Source: Antechinus flavipes
Taxonomy: Eukaryota
DNA: 64,000 nt
Direction of reading: 5' to 3'
NCBI RefSeq assembly: GCF_016432865.1
Contig: NC_067403.1
Span: 195,796,001 to 195,860,000 of the forward strand
Part shown: one piece after another, positions 26,871 through 40,200 of the stretch
How the letters are laid out: each line of letters starts with the position of its first letter
Position numbering within the stretch: the first letter of the stretch is position 1
Notes under the pieces: model-generated
Database searches by the model: none
What the model was told of the DNA's origin: nothing
What the model saw: only the letters and a program-made list of their open reading frames with translations
Made by a program: the position numbers and the translations under genes

Positions 26871-27999
26871 GCTTGCCTTCTCTAGTAAATAGAGAATATG
26901 AAACTCAAAATGTTAAAAAAAAATCTTTAAAATTGTTTTTATATGTAATTGGAAAAAATATAAAATTTTTCACGTGAAAAAAATTTTATATAAAAATTTA
27001 CATAAATTTTATATGAATTTTATGTAAAAATTTGTAAATACACACATATAAACATATGTATTTTTAATAGTATTTTTCTTGTTTCCTTGGGTTCATTAGA
27101 AGAGCTTCAATATTTCCCAAAAGCAATCTAGTCTATTCTCCCTCCTTATTCTTGGGCCATTTCTTTTTCTACTTGTAGTGTATGCCTAAGACAAGTTTAA
27201 GTTATAGGTTATCCAAGTATGTAACATAATTCATGCACTTGGCTTTTCTTATATAGTTAGCCCAAACTTAAATGATTGCCCTAATTCCCTGATTCCACAT
27301 CAGAGGATCAAAGTGGACCAGGCTTATGAGCCTAGAGGCATAACATAGGTAGGGGATAGGCAGGATGCTCACTAAGATTATTACTCTCTCTTTTTCCCAC
27401 AAAAATCATTTTTCCATTTTTTCAATTCCCTTATCATGCATTTGAAAGGTTACATTAGCACTTTATAGAATGAATTCACAAGTACTTTTATGAATGTTTT
27501 GCTTTTTTATGAGTATAAACCTGACACATTTTATCTTTTTTTTCCCCTCTATTGCATGCATAGTCAAATGTGCAGTATGAATAAAATTACATAAATGATC
27601 AAATGCTGAGGGCTGACTAACAATTGATTATGGGTGACATCTAAGGCAGTATTTTGCTCTACGAAATCAAATATTTTTATAATAAAATAAGCACAATAAG
27701 GGATCTTGTATTCTTTATTTCTATCAGTCAATTGTGTGATAGCCATTATGTGGTTTACAACAGAACATACGTCTGCCTCTTCTAATATCATCATCAAGGA
27801 CACATTTGATACGTGTGTAACATTGACTTTCCCAAATCAATCAGTAGATTTATTAAATTGTCTTAAAATTTTGAATTCTTTTGTTCTCACATTACTTCAA
27901 TCTATTCCACTCTTTTTCTTTAAATACTTTTTGTGACAAAGATTAGCACTTAAGTAAAACATTCAATATGGTGCTCATACAAGGCAGCATACACAATAG

Positions 28000-29070
28000 T
28001 CTCTATTAACATTCTATACAGTAGCTGCCAGCCTTTCTACTATGAAGAGGGAGGTACTATAACTATAGTCCATCTGTTTTCATTTACTCAGAATTCAACT
28101 TCTTTATAATCTTTTCATTTACATTGTTTTAGCCACAGTGTAAACAGTTCTCTTGGTTCTGTTTCCTTGGCTCTATGTCAGTTCATTTAGATGTTTCAAT
28201 GCTATTCTCAAGCTTTCATGTTTGTCATTCGATAATACTTCATTACATTAAGAAAATGTTATTTTTCATCTGTCTCCTCAATCTATTAGCACACATTTTA
28301 ATCTGAATTTTCTTCTACCACAAGGTATAGCTACAAATAGTTTGATCCACATAGCACCTTTGTTTCTGTTTTTTGATTTCTCAAGGTCCTATGTCCAGTA
28401 GTAGATTCACTTGATAGTTTAAGTCATTTTTCTTGCATAATTCCAAAATGAAATTGAGAATGGCTAGACTATTTCACTATTCCAACAGCACATCAGTGTA
28501 CTTGTCTCCATAACCCTCCAACATTGACCATTCCATTTGTCAATCTTTGCCAATTTTCATATTATGAACTTTATTTTAAGTTGCATTTCACTATCAGTGT
28601 TTTCATGTTGTTACTTATAGCTTCCAATTCTCTTACAAAACTTTACATCCTTTGATCATTTATTTACTTGTGAATGGCATTTGGTATAAAATATTTTTAT
28701 CAATTCTTTATATATCAGATTCACTAATATTTTGATGCAAATTTTTTCCTTAATCCACAACTTCATTTTTTCACCCATTCTATTCATACAAAAGATTTTT
28801 AGTTTTTAAAAATTAATTTTAAATAATTATTTATTGCATTCCTTGTTTAAACTAGAGTTCTCCTTCTTAGCTGTAACTCTGAAAAGCGCTCATCTTGTAC
28901 TTATATTTTTCCATGGTATAATCTGTTACATTCAGGTTACACCCACTTTTAAGTTTATTGTGGCAGAGAATCTAAGATGATGATTTAAATCCAATTCTGC
29001 CAAATTAGATTCCAGTTTTCTAAAAGAGAGTACTTCCCCAAACAAATTATGCTTTTAGGTTTATCAAATT
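28000..29070 (-). mobile_element. Old, heavily decayed L1 ORF2/3' fragment
   Basis: Plus-strand text (tcactattccaacagcacatcagtgtacttgtctccataaccctccaacatt...tctttgccaatt) resembles the reverse complement of an L1 ORF2 end. Confidence 0.6.
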
Positions 29071-30405
29071 CCTGACTGATAAACCTAAGAGTATAATTTG
29101 TTTGAGGAAGTATTTTTAAAATTGCTTGTCATAATAGAAACATTCTCCACAGAAACTGACAGAACATACTCAATTATGAATAGTTTTATTTTGGCATAAG
29201 CAAATAATACATAATAAAATATGTACCAGATGTAAGGATGCCCAATTACTCCTAAATTCAGGAATTATCTAGACTGTATATAGGCTACTCTGAACCTAGA
29301 AGTTCTAAGAAAGTCACAGTTTGGTATGTTAGCATGTTAGATACACCATTCCTAAGAATGCATAAAAGGGGAGCCAGAAACATAAGTCAATTAATGTTGG
29401 ACTTACCTATTCTTTAATGGCTGATTATTATCTAAAACTCAAAAATGGTAGGCCAGATCCTGCACATGACTCCTCAAAAAAGGGCATGGTCTTGGGGATT
29501 GGGTGTGAACTGAAGCTGATGGCTGGAGTGTTTTTATATTCAGATTGCTGCTGCCAGGGCCTTTGAATGCTTCTAATTTTACTTAACTTATCATATATAA
29601 AACAAAGTATAAAGTACATTTAAAAAAAAAAAAAAACAGACCAGATAAGGGGAAAAAACTCATCTAACTTGACATTTTGCCTACTACACCCAATTCTGTC
29701 TCTGGTCTTCGGGCCTTCAGTTCAAGCTTCTGTTGATCCATTCATATACTCTTATTTCCTCCCAAGCCAGTTTACAGAACCACATCAATGTTGCTTAATC
29801 TCATCATTTCTACAATATCATTCTTTAGTAGCAACCAAAGCCCTGATATACCTAAACATGATGAAGGAGGGGGGCAAAGTAGGAGATGTACTATATTTTG
29901 ATTTAGAGTATTAAGCTCTTCATAGAAAAAAATTTTTCTGCTTCTGAAACATTTGTTAATGCCTCAACTGCTGTTATTTTTATGGTCTTTTTGCAAATAT
30001 TTATCATGAGTACAGCACTGAGAGATGGCTAATTGTCCCAAGAAACAATGTTTTTTTCTTGATTTTGCAAGTCCTTTATTTGCTCTTTAAGGAGAACCTG
30101 TGAACCATTCTTCCATTTAGTTACAATTTCCTTTTGTCTTCTGGTTTTGTTTATACTTAAAATGCCAATACTGAAGTGATTCATTTCCTATAGTAGCATG
30201 TCCATTTGTCCATCATCAATCAAGGACAGATATATAAGGGACACATCTGACACAGAATACCCATAGTTAAGTTAATGTTAGAGATATTTTCCATCTTTTT
30301 TTTTTATATTATAGTCACTGCAGAAGTAGAAGAGGGCCACACAGGACTAAAGATCATCTAAAAATTTCCTTTAATATTTTAAGTTGATAGACTTTAATTA
30401 TTAAT

Positions 30406-30540
30406 TTTTTTATTTATTTATTTTGCTAAGGCAACTGGGATTAAGTGACTTGCCCAGGGTCACATAGCTAGGAGATAAGTATCTGAGATCAGATTTGAAC
30501 TCAAGTCCTCCTGACTTCAGGGTTGGTGTTCTATCCGCCT
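30406..30540 (-). mobile_element. WSINE1-like SINE with a truncated head
   Basis: B-box (gagttcaaatc), CORE motif (gggcaagtcacttaatccc) and an A-rich tail. Confidence 0.8.
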
Positions 30541-30889
30541 AAGAATTAATTATCAAATGGCCATCCTACTAGTAATGATTATCCTCATACTTAGTAAGGT
30601 TTTTCCTCAGAAGATAAAGACAATCTGTTACCCATCTCTCTTTACATCTATGTAATTCAGATCATTTACCTCAACCCCCTTCCTCCCTAAAACTGAAAGG
30701 GTACTACTTAATGGTATTATACAAATATTCTAATATCCACTACTCTCAAACTCAAACTACCCTAAAGTAAACAGTCAATTTACCTAGGCTATTGCTCGAG
30801 CTCCAACAACTGCTCAATCTTAGCAATCTAACTTAGGGGACACAAAAGCAAAGATAATTTCTTGAAATGTTTAGGAAAGGCTAAGATGA

Positions 30890-31270
30890 CATGAAAAGAT
30901 AATGATAAATAATGGAGGGAATGTGGTAGGACTGGGACACTAAAGCACTGTTGGTGAAGTTGTGAAATGATCCAACCATTGTCTAGGGCCATCTGTAACT
31001 AGGCTGAAAAGGCTATAAAACTGTAAAACTATAAAACTTTGATTCATCAGTGTTTCTACTAGGTCTGTATCCCAAAGAGATTTATAAAAAAAGGAAAAGG
31101 ATCCATATGTGCAAAAATGTTTGTAGTAGCCCTCTTTGGATGCCCATCATTGGAGAATGGCTAAATAAATTATATTATTAATATTATGGAATATTATTGT
31201 TCTATAAGAAATGATAAGCAGGTTGATTTCAGAAAAGCCTGGAAAGACATATATGAACTGATGCTAAATG
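30890..31270 (+). mobile_element. L1 ORF2-end fragment
   Basis: ctactaggtctgtatcccaaagag...gatgcccatcattggagaatggctaaataaa...agaaaagcctggaaagac. Confidence 0.85.
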
Positions 31271-32874
31271 TAATCACTGGGCCAAAAGATTTGATCTTTA
31301 TGACTTGGTTGTATCCAACTAGATACTTCTCCAAAAAGATTCTGCTAATTTGCTGTACCGGTATGCATATAACTATGCCTACGTCTCCAGCAAGTTATAT
31401 TATTGCTTTTATTTCTGCCAGTTTGGTAGCTATGAAATATACTTCAAAACTGTGTGAAATTATATTTCTATGCGTTAACTAGACTAAATGTTTTTCAAAA
31501 CAATTTTTCTTCTAACAATATGATTTCATGCTATTCTTAGTTTTACTGATTCCAAATTTTAGATGTTAAAAGTTTTTTTCTCTCATATTTGTCATAATTC
31601 TCCCAAAATCTAAGATTTTTCTTGATTGTTTTGGGGACAAACTTTTAATGTATTTAAATTTATTTACTTTATCCCATTTCTTAAGTTTGATAATTCAAAC
31701 AAGTGTAATATATTATTTATACTCCCCCCCCCATTTTTTAACAGTTCATTTCCATATTTTTACTTTCTACGATCCGGCAAGTAAGTCAAAAGAACTATGA
31801 TACTTACCTATCAGCTATTATCTTCAAAGTAAAATGAGATTGAGGACAAAACCTCTTTCCAACATAACTTTCTAATCTTATCTTACATGATTCCCTTTTA
31901 TATATTCTACTCTCCAGTTAAAAAGGACTATTTTTTCATCCCTTAACCACATGTTGCACTTTTCCGACTTTATACCACTCTCTGTGTTGGAAGCACTCTT
32001 CTCTCTACATGTTTGTCTCCTAAAATAATTCTCATTTTTCAGGATTCAACTTAAATGCCATCTCCACAATATTGTTCCTAAGAGCTAAAGCTAAAAGTAA
32101 ACTTTTCATCTAGCAAACTCATAGTGCCTAATTTATACAAATTATTCACTTATTTATGATAGCCCCCCCCACCAAAAAAAGAACATAATATTTAGGTACA
32201 AATCCTATTACCTCTAACTAGATGATTATGTTTAGGAAGATATGAACTGTGTCTTGAAATACTATATGATTGTATTGTTATTTTTATATTTTCCTTGTGG
32301 CTAGAATAGTAAGTGGTTGATAAAAATGTTGAATGAAAGGAAAAATAAAAGCTTAGTGAAATTACAATGGTATTTTAAATACAGACAATGCTACCCTGAA
32401 AGTCTTTTAAGAAAAAATAATACTTCTTGACATTAATATTTTTCTTTTATTTACTAGAAGCAATAATACCCATGAGAAAATTTAAAATAATAATATATTA
32501 TTTTGATATAGAAAACCTCAACACCTACCTGAATCTAAGAAAGTTTTACCCAGGAAGTAACTCCTCCATTTCAGTTTCCCTCATCTCACCTACCTACACC
32601 TCAAAGTACCAATTTGACAAACATGCAAGAGGAGAAGTTATAATCTATTTTTACCCAAAAGCTGATAACTCTTTAAATACTGAAATTATAAAAATATTTC
32701 AATTTTGGTGATTCTCATCATTAAATGATAAAATTTATTTTCTCTAAAGTTTTTTTGTTGGAAATGTTCAAACATAGAAAATAATCTAAATTTTATAGAT
32801 AACTTTCCCAAATTCAAAGAATAGTAAGTTTTATGTATTCAGTATAAAATTTATAAATTCAATAGAATACAAAC

Positions 32875-33357
32875 CTCATCTCTGTGCTTCTGACAGAAGA
32901 CCAAAAATTGAGACCCTGAATCTCCCTTTCTGCTTCGTGGAGTAGATGCCGCAGCCTTCTTTCTACCAATAGGAGAGCCCAATCCTCTTTTTGAATCTGC
33001 TTGTTCAGCTGCTCTTTGAGGAGTAATGTTTTTAGTCCCTGAATCACTTTCCTGGTTATCAGGACAAGTTGGTAATTTTGATCTCCTCCTCCTCTTGTTG
33101 GGGACACCTAATTCTTTATACTTTGGGTTTTGAGCGGTTTCTTCACTTACATCTGAAGATTCATCTACTTCTTCTAATGGGTCCACTGCAATACCAGCTT
33201 CTTTAGCTACTTGAGGATTTAGATGAAGTCGGTCCCTAACATAAACGAAGGTAAACTTGGCTTTCCGCTCTTCTACTGTCATATTCACTGCTTCTTTTGC
33301 TTGAATAATGCCCATTTCCCATTGGGCCCTTAATTTTCCTGATATAGGTTTCAACAG
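32875..33357 (-). CDS. NSD2: NSD2 exon, 483 nt ([16 protein letters not shown]...[13 protein letters not shown]), start of HMG box
   Basis: Translation matches NSD2. Acceptor T13-CCCCAG| at 33358; donor GAG|GTTTGT at 32874. Confidence 0.98.
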
Positions 33358-33512
33358 CTGGGGAAAAAAAAAAAAGAGACACAAAATTAGTAATAAAGAA
33401 TGGCAAGTTTATTTTACTAGCAAAACATCTGAACAGATTTTACAGTCAAGAACGTCATCTCTAATTTGTGTTAAGTTTTCTATTTTCCTCCCTAAATTTT
33501 AAGATTTTTGTA

Positions 33513-34025
33513 TGAATTAAATGACTAGTGAAATGAGCAGAACCAGGAGATCTTTATATATGGCAACAAGAAGACTATACAAATATTAATTCTGATAGAT
33601 GTGGCTCTCTTCAACAATGAGATGAATTTAGTTTAGTAATTGTTTAGTAATGAAGAGAGTCATCTACACCCAGAGAGAAAACTATGGGAAATGAGAGTGG
33701 ATCACAACATAGCATTTTCACTCTTTCTGTTATTGTTTGCTTGCATTTTTGTTTTCCTTTTCAGGTTTTTTTTCTTTCTTTCTAGATCCGATTTTTCTTG
33801 TGCAGCAAGATAACTGTATAAATATGTATTCATATACTGGATTTAACATATACTTCAATAAATTTAACATGTATTAGACTATCTGCCATCTGGGGAGGTG
33901 AAGGGGGGGGAGTGGTGAGGAGAAGGAGCGGAAAATTTGGAACAGAAGGTTTTGCAAGGGTCAATGTTGAAAAATTACCCATGCATGTTTTGTAAATAAA
34001 AAGCTATAATGATTTTTTTTTAAAA
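33513..34025 (+). mobile_element. 5'-truncated L1 3' UTR
   Basis: Same 3' UTR family as 57221-57892. 12-bp TSD AAGATTTTTGTA at 33501-33512 and 34026-34037. Confidence 0.92.
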
Positions 34026-34787
34026 AAGATTTTTGTACATATGAAGGAAAAAGATTCCCAGAAAATATGTATTTACCTTGGGTTAATTACAGAGTCTATG
34101 ATAAGTTTCTTAAGGTGCATATTATGAAATTATGGGATATTAATAAAATATTTTTAGACTAAAATTAAAAAAAAACACAATTAACCTCTATACCATACAA
34201 TTCAAACATTCGTGAATTCTACAAGATTAAAAATTCTTGCAGATTCTACAAGATTAAAACAAATACTAGCTATAGCAATTTTCCAAGGATATGTACTTTC
34301 ATTGGATAAAGGTTTTTGAGAGAGGATATAGATAAAAACTTAATTTATTTGCAGCCATAATAAGTGAATAAGCTGGTGAATAAGCCTCTCCAAACTTGGC
34401 AAGATTGGTTACCTGACCACAGACAAATAATGTATTGATGTATCACCAGGCCTAGAATCCCAAAACCTCTCAAGAGCTTGTGCTCCATATATAACTTATA
34501 GCAAATTGGTTACCATTTTAAGAAGAATAAAGGAAAATAAGAAGGGAGAGAAGGTAGGGAAATTTTGGAACTCAAAAAATTTTTACTTAAAAAATGTATA
34601 TTAAAAATTATTTTTATATGTAATTGGAAAAAATAAAATATCACTATAAAGAAAGGAAAAAAAGAGTTGTGCTCTATTGGCAAAGGCTTCTAGAACCCAG
34701 GAATCTCTCCACACCAGAATAAGGGCATCAGTGGGACTTGAAGAAAGAAAAAAAAAAACCCACAAGATTTTCAAAAATTCTCTTCTA

Positions 34788-35006
<219 letters not shown>

Positions 35007-35989
35007 TTAGAAAAAAAAATGTTGGAAAGAAGTTGGGAAAATATCTAATTGTTTTTATCCTATATAAGTGAAAAAAATCAAGTTGTTTTATACTTTATTA
35101 ACAAATTCTTTTCTCATTAAATGAATGTACAATTGATCTTTTATTATTTACCAAAGCAAAAGGCAAATAAAAAAATTCCATTGTATTTTAAAAAGGATAA
35201 AATAGTCATAAGTAATGGAGGTGAAAGATAAAGTTTTGGCTTGAATTGCTGGTTAGATCAATACTATAGAATTAAGTTAATTTTATTGAGGAATTAAACC
35301 AATCTATGCAACTTTTGGAGGTCCTTTATTTAGGCACCTATAATGTGTAAATCTATATAGGTAATTTGGGGAATTCATTAAAGGAGATTAGAGATGAGAT
35401 TTAACCAATTTTAAATGAAAAAGTTAATATTGTTTAGAATGCTACCTAATAGGATTTCAAAGGGAGAAGCTGCCATCTGAAAATAAAGCATTAAAAGAAA
35501 TAGATTCTGGTTATCAACCAGAGATTTGGAGCAGGGAAAATTTGAAAACTCTCAAGAGAAAGAGATTAAAAAGCAAATTTCCCGTTCTTAAAAAGATGCT
35601 ACAAATCAAGATTTAATGAAAATGAATAATGATCCAAAATTAAGAGATTTAGAATGCTACAAACAAGTGGGAGCTTTCTTAAAAGAATATAAATAATGTC
35701 ACCAGGCCACTAGAAGTTATAGGAAGACAGGTAAAGTATTAAACAATAGAGCTGTCACACTTTAATTCAACATTTATAAAATGTTTACTTTAATTAATGC
35801 TAAAGATACTAAAGTACAAAAGAAATAATTAAAAACAGTCTGTGCACTAAAGAAGTTTATAATCTACTGGATTTAATATGATTGATAAATAAATACAATT
35901 TAAGGAGGAAAAGAACACTAACAACTAGAGAAATCAGGAAAAGAGTTCTAAAAGATGACAAACAGAACCCTAAAGAAGTGAAGTATCCT

Positions 35990-36620
35990 AAGAAATAGAA
36001 GAAAGAAAGAAGTGAAGAATCTTCAGGGAAATAAGGAAAAATACATTCCAAGCACTTGGGGAGAAAGACTGTACAAAGTAATGGAGATCAGTGATGGCAA
36101 GTCAACTTTGGGGAAAAGTTAACATGCCAGTGTGCCTGTGAAATAAAATAGAATGAAGACAGACTGGAAAGAGTTTTAAATACCAACCAGAGAAGTTTCT
36201 ATTTATTTCTAACGCTAATGGGGAATTCCTAAAGATTTTTAAGCACGAGGGGGACATAATCATATATCTGTGTCATAAGAAAGATTATTTTGTTAATTTT
36301 CAGAAGATGGATTGGCAAAAGAAAAAGCTGGAAGCAGGAAAACTAGTTAGGGCATTGTGACAGCAGTCTAGGAAAGAGGTAAAAATGAACTGAATGAGAA
36401 TGGATGGAATTATGAACAGAAAAAAAGAGGATGGAGGAATGAATATAAAGGTTAAAAAAAAGTTTGGCAACTGATTGAATTATGGGGAAGTCAGGGAAAT
36501 CAGAAGAGCCAAAGATGACATATACTTATGAGCTGGATAACTTAACAAAAAGGATAGTGAACTGAAAAGAAATAGGAAGACTGGAAGAGTCTTTAGGAAT
36601 AAAAGTGGAAGATTATGAAG
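35990..36620 (-). mobile_element. Decayed L2 remnant
   Basis: gattggcaaaagaaaaagctggaagcaggaaaactagttaggg...ggcaactgattgaattatgggg, typical of reversed L2. Confidence 0.6.
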
Positions 36621-38693
36621 AAAATAATGGCTTCTTAGGAGAGAAAAGAACAAAGACTCATGTAATTATTCAGCTTTAGGAAAGCGCAATTAAGACAAAA
36701 CCATCTTTTTAAAAGGGTTAGGAATCTTGAATGTATATTATAGGAAAGTCTTAGTAAAACAGCACACTAAACATTAGACATAAGAAAAAGTTGTCTGAGG
36801 TGTGCAGGAAACAATATATAAACCTACCTACCATGGCTAATGAGCAGGGGGAAAAAATCTTTCATAAAAAAGAAAGGTTATGGAAATGAGACGAGGCAAA
36901 CTTACACAGAATATGGCAGATCAAATTATAAATTGTATGTTAAACCATCTAAAAATAAACTTGATATATTCATATCATTTGTGCTTAACTTGAAATGTTT
37001 TTCCATTTTATCTCCTTTTGTTTTTTGTCACCAGGCCTGGCTCTTCCTCCTTAAACCCTTCCCTGAATATTCTATCTCTTCTTTCTACAAGATCCTATCC
37101 AACTACTTATCTATACCTATCATAATTTAACAATAAAATATCAGTCTATATAATTTTTAGCATGTCTTGTTCTCAATTAAGTTCCTTAAGGACTTACTTC
37201 TTAAAATAGATCCATTGCACCTAGCACACAGTGTTACAATAGTCATTTTTTTAAACCCTAATACTTACAGTTGAAAAAGAGCCAATAACCAATTGGTCCA
37301 AAACCCAATTAATAGAGATGTAGCTACTCAAAGAATAGGTAGAATTACCTGATAATCATGGTGACAAAAGTTAAAAAAGAATTGACAATATAAAAAGGGC
37401 AAGGATTGGATGTATCAGCATAACAATAGAGAATTTCAGGAACTCAAGAGACATGGAGAATTATTTTGAAAAGCCTGTAAATAGTCTATCAACAAACATG
37501 AAAGTGCTTTAAATATCTAAAAACAAAAATAAAATGAAAACAATTCTTAGATTTCATCTTGCTACTCAAATTAGACACTTTTAGTGATGTTATAATTGAT
37601 AATCTTTCCCAAAAACAATATGAAATCATGAGAAAAGTTACCAATCAGTTTTTGAATCCAAACTTCTACTATTAGGTAAATGACAAAAAAGTACTATATA
37701 CACCAAACATCCTTAACAGCACTTTTCTGTAGTAGGAACCACTCCTACCCCCCAAAAAAATAAAACAGGTACCCATTAATTGAACGATAAATTAAATTGT
37801 GATATATGAATAGTATAAAACACTTTTATAGTCAGTGTATAATGAATATAAAGATATCAAAGAATGTAGATAGTCTTAGAGGAACTGATGTAGAGGAAAA
37901 AAAGGGACAACAAGGTCTCACAAAGGATTACAACTGATGTGATTCTTTATCATTTAATTTGTAAGGAAACAAATTCTTTCAGATTCTTGAGACAGTCTAG
38001 TTCTCTCTCAAATCTCAACTTTAATATACCAACAAAATTTTATAAAAGCTCCTCTATTCTACTGACTATCAGATAATACAGCATAAAAACGGTACATTCA
38101 AATGTAATGCAACCATAATTTTATCAGAGTCCCTTATGACCTTAAGAGTTTAAAAAAGTCATCTGTATGTATTTTGCCAGCATTATTTTTCCATTTTCCT
38201 ATTTCAGTTGGGGTTTCTCTGGTGTGTATACACACATACACATATATATGCATGTAAAGAAAATTGACTTAAGCAACTAGAGAGAAATTTTTATGACCAA
38301 GTATAAAATAATAATAATGAATGGAGTGCAAAATTCTGGAGTGTTTAAACTAAGTAATCATAGGAAATGTTTCCAAGAAACAATGAATCCAATGAATAGG
38401 ATTTGGAAAAATATGAAAATAGAATGAGTTAAAGTACATAGAAACAAGTAAAATGTATTCCCTATTTTAAGAGCTCCTCAAAGTGAATGTGACATAGATT
38501 AAAATAAATCATCTACTTATAAACAACAGCATCTACCTGGCCTAAGAAAAGGCAGAAACATTAATTCGAAGGTTATACAGCAAAAAGAGATTATAATATA
38601 TATATAAAAACATTAGAGTAGGAAAACAAAGATCAAGAAAGAAATGAATGAGAAAAGTAAGGAAACAACAACAACAACCCATATACACTCTAC

Positions 38694-38856
38694 CTTTTAG
38701 TTTGGTATAGCTGTGAAGTAGAGGATCTGCTGAAACCATACATGGCCACCAAGGATAACCTGAAACTTTTGACCATACCAAATCGCCAACATTATACTTC
38801 AACAGATGGTCTTTTTCTTTATTGATGTTTGGATATGACTCTCTCTTAGCTAGAAT
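38694..38856 (-). CDS. NSD2: NSD2 exon, 163 nt, PWWP1 N-half ([55 protein letters not shown])
   Basis: YPWWP motif. Acceptor TTTAAAG| at 38857; donor AAG|GTAGAG at 38693. Phase 0 in, phase 1 out. Confidence 0.98.
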
Positions 38857-39663
38857 CTTTAAACAAACAAATGAAAATGCATAAATACTAAACCATCAAA
38901 AACTTTTGTAAAGTTTTCAACCACAAAACTGCCACAGAATTTTTCATTATATCCAATCTTACCTAAGTACTAATGTGTCTTCTGTGATTTACCTACTTAA
39001 AAGCTTTCCCCTATCCCCAATCTAATTTTTTTATTGCCTTTTCTTTCCATTATGAATACTTGTGCTTTTAAATAATGGAGAGAGAAAATATTCTGCAAAT
39101 CCTACTCAATACAGGAATGAGTACTGAATCCCCCCAGAAACCTAGGAATTGAAAGAATTTATTGGTCTCTATCTTTAATTCCACTGGCCAAGAAAAGCAA
39201 CTTCTGTCTGTCCTTTAGCTTCTACTCTTATTAATTAGACATTAGGAACAATTTAAGGTACCACAAAGGATTACAGTTGATGTGGTTCTTCATGTTTAAG
39301 TCACAAGGAGACAAATTCTTTCAGATTTTTGGGACAGTTTAGTACTCTCTCCCAAATTTCAACTTTAATGTACCAACACAATTTTCATTAAAGTTCCTCT
39401 ATTCTAATGGCTCTCAGATAATACAGGGTAAAATGGCACGTTCAAAATATATCAAAGTCCCTTATAAACCTAAGAGCATAAAAAGTCATCTGTATGTTTG
39501 GAAGAGAGCACATTTTGCCAGTATGACTTATATCTTCCCATTTTCCTACTTCAGCTGGGCTTTCACTAATGTAAGCTAAGTTCTTGCCTTGGCCCTTGGT
39601 CACGTCTGAGAAGCTGACTGTCTTGTTAATCCTGTCCCTTCCCTCTTTTCCCCTGAAAATTAC

Positions 39664-40200
39664 CTTTTTTTCCGAGGGACTTGAAGCCTTAGATACCAAA
39701 GCTGCTTCAACAAGGCCCTGTTCAAGTAAGGAATCATACTTTATGCTCCTTTTCCTATTCCTTCTTGACTTGTTTTCTAGTTTTTGTTCATTTTCTTCTG
39801 ATTGGGACACATCTGGACCATTGTCTCCACAAATAGAAGATTCAAAGAGAGGTTTTCCATTCATGTATGTTTTGGTGATTTTCAGTTTAATCTCAGGAGA
39901 GCCATTTTTGATAGGAGTAGTATGAGGGGGTGTTCCAATTCCCTTTATTTCCTGGGATTCAAAACGCAGCTTGGTATCTTGGGCACCAGACTCTCCATTG
40001 AAGACTCGGGAGGTCAGATCTTTCAATTTATCAGCAGGAATGAATGGTAGCGCTTCATGGCCATTAAATTTTTGCATGACACCCTCTGGTAGGGTTGTAG
40101 AAATCTGAGCTTTGCTGAGGAACACTGAACATTCCCGATTAACTTCACAATTTTGAGTCTTCCCATTGGTATTTCCAAGGATCTCTGGAACTTGCTTCAT
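39664..40200 (-). CDS. NSD2: NSD2 first coding exon (in-frame part, MKQVPEILG...SSPSEKK, 179 codons); whole exon spans 39664-40293
   Basis: Translation matches the NSD2 N-terminus ([49 protein letters not shown]). Acceptor T12-AAACCATAG| at 40294; donor AAG|GTAATT at 39663. Confidence 0.97.

Noticed and set aside
26975-27035. AT-rich imperfect palindrome
   Set aside because: Low-complexity decay at an L1 tail; the arms pair imperfectly and this is expected by chance at this composition.
30640-30880. C/A-skewed stretch considered as a NUMT
   Set aside because: No recognisable mitochondrial gene, tRNA or rRNA motif on either strand; BLAST against the mitogenome would settle it.
39584-40050. 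Plus-strand ORFs of 113 and 82 aa
   Set aside because: Antisense shadows of the first NSD2 coding exon; no independent coding signal.
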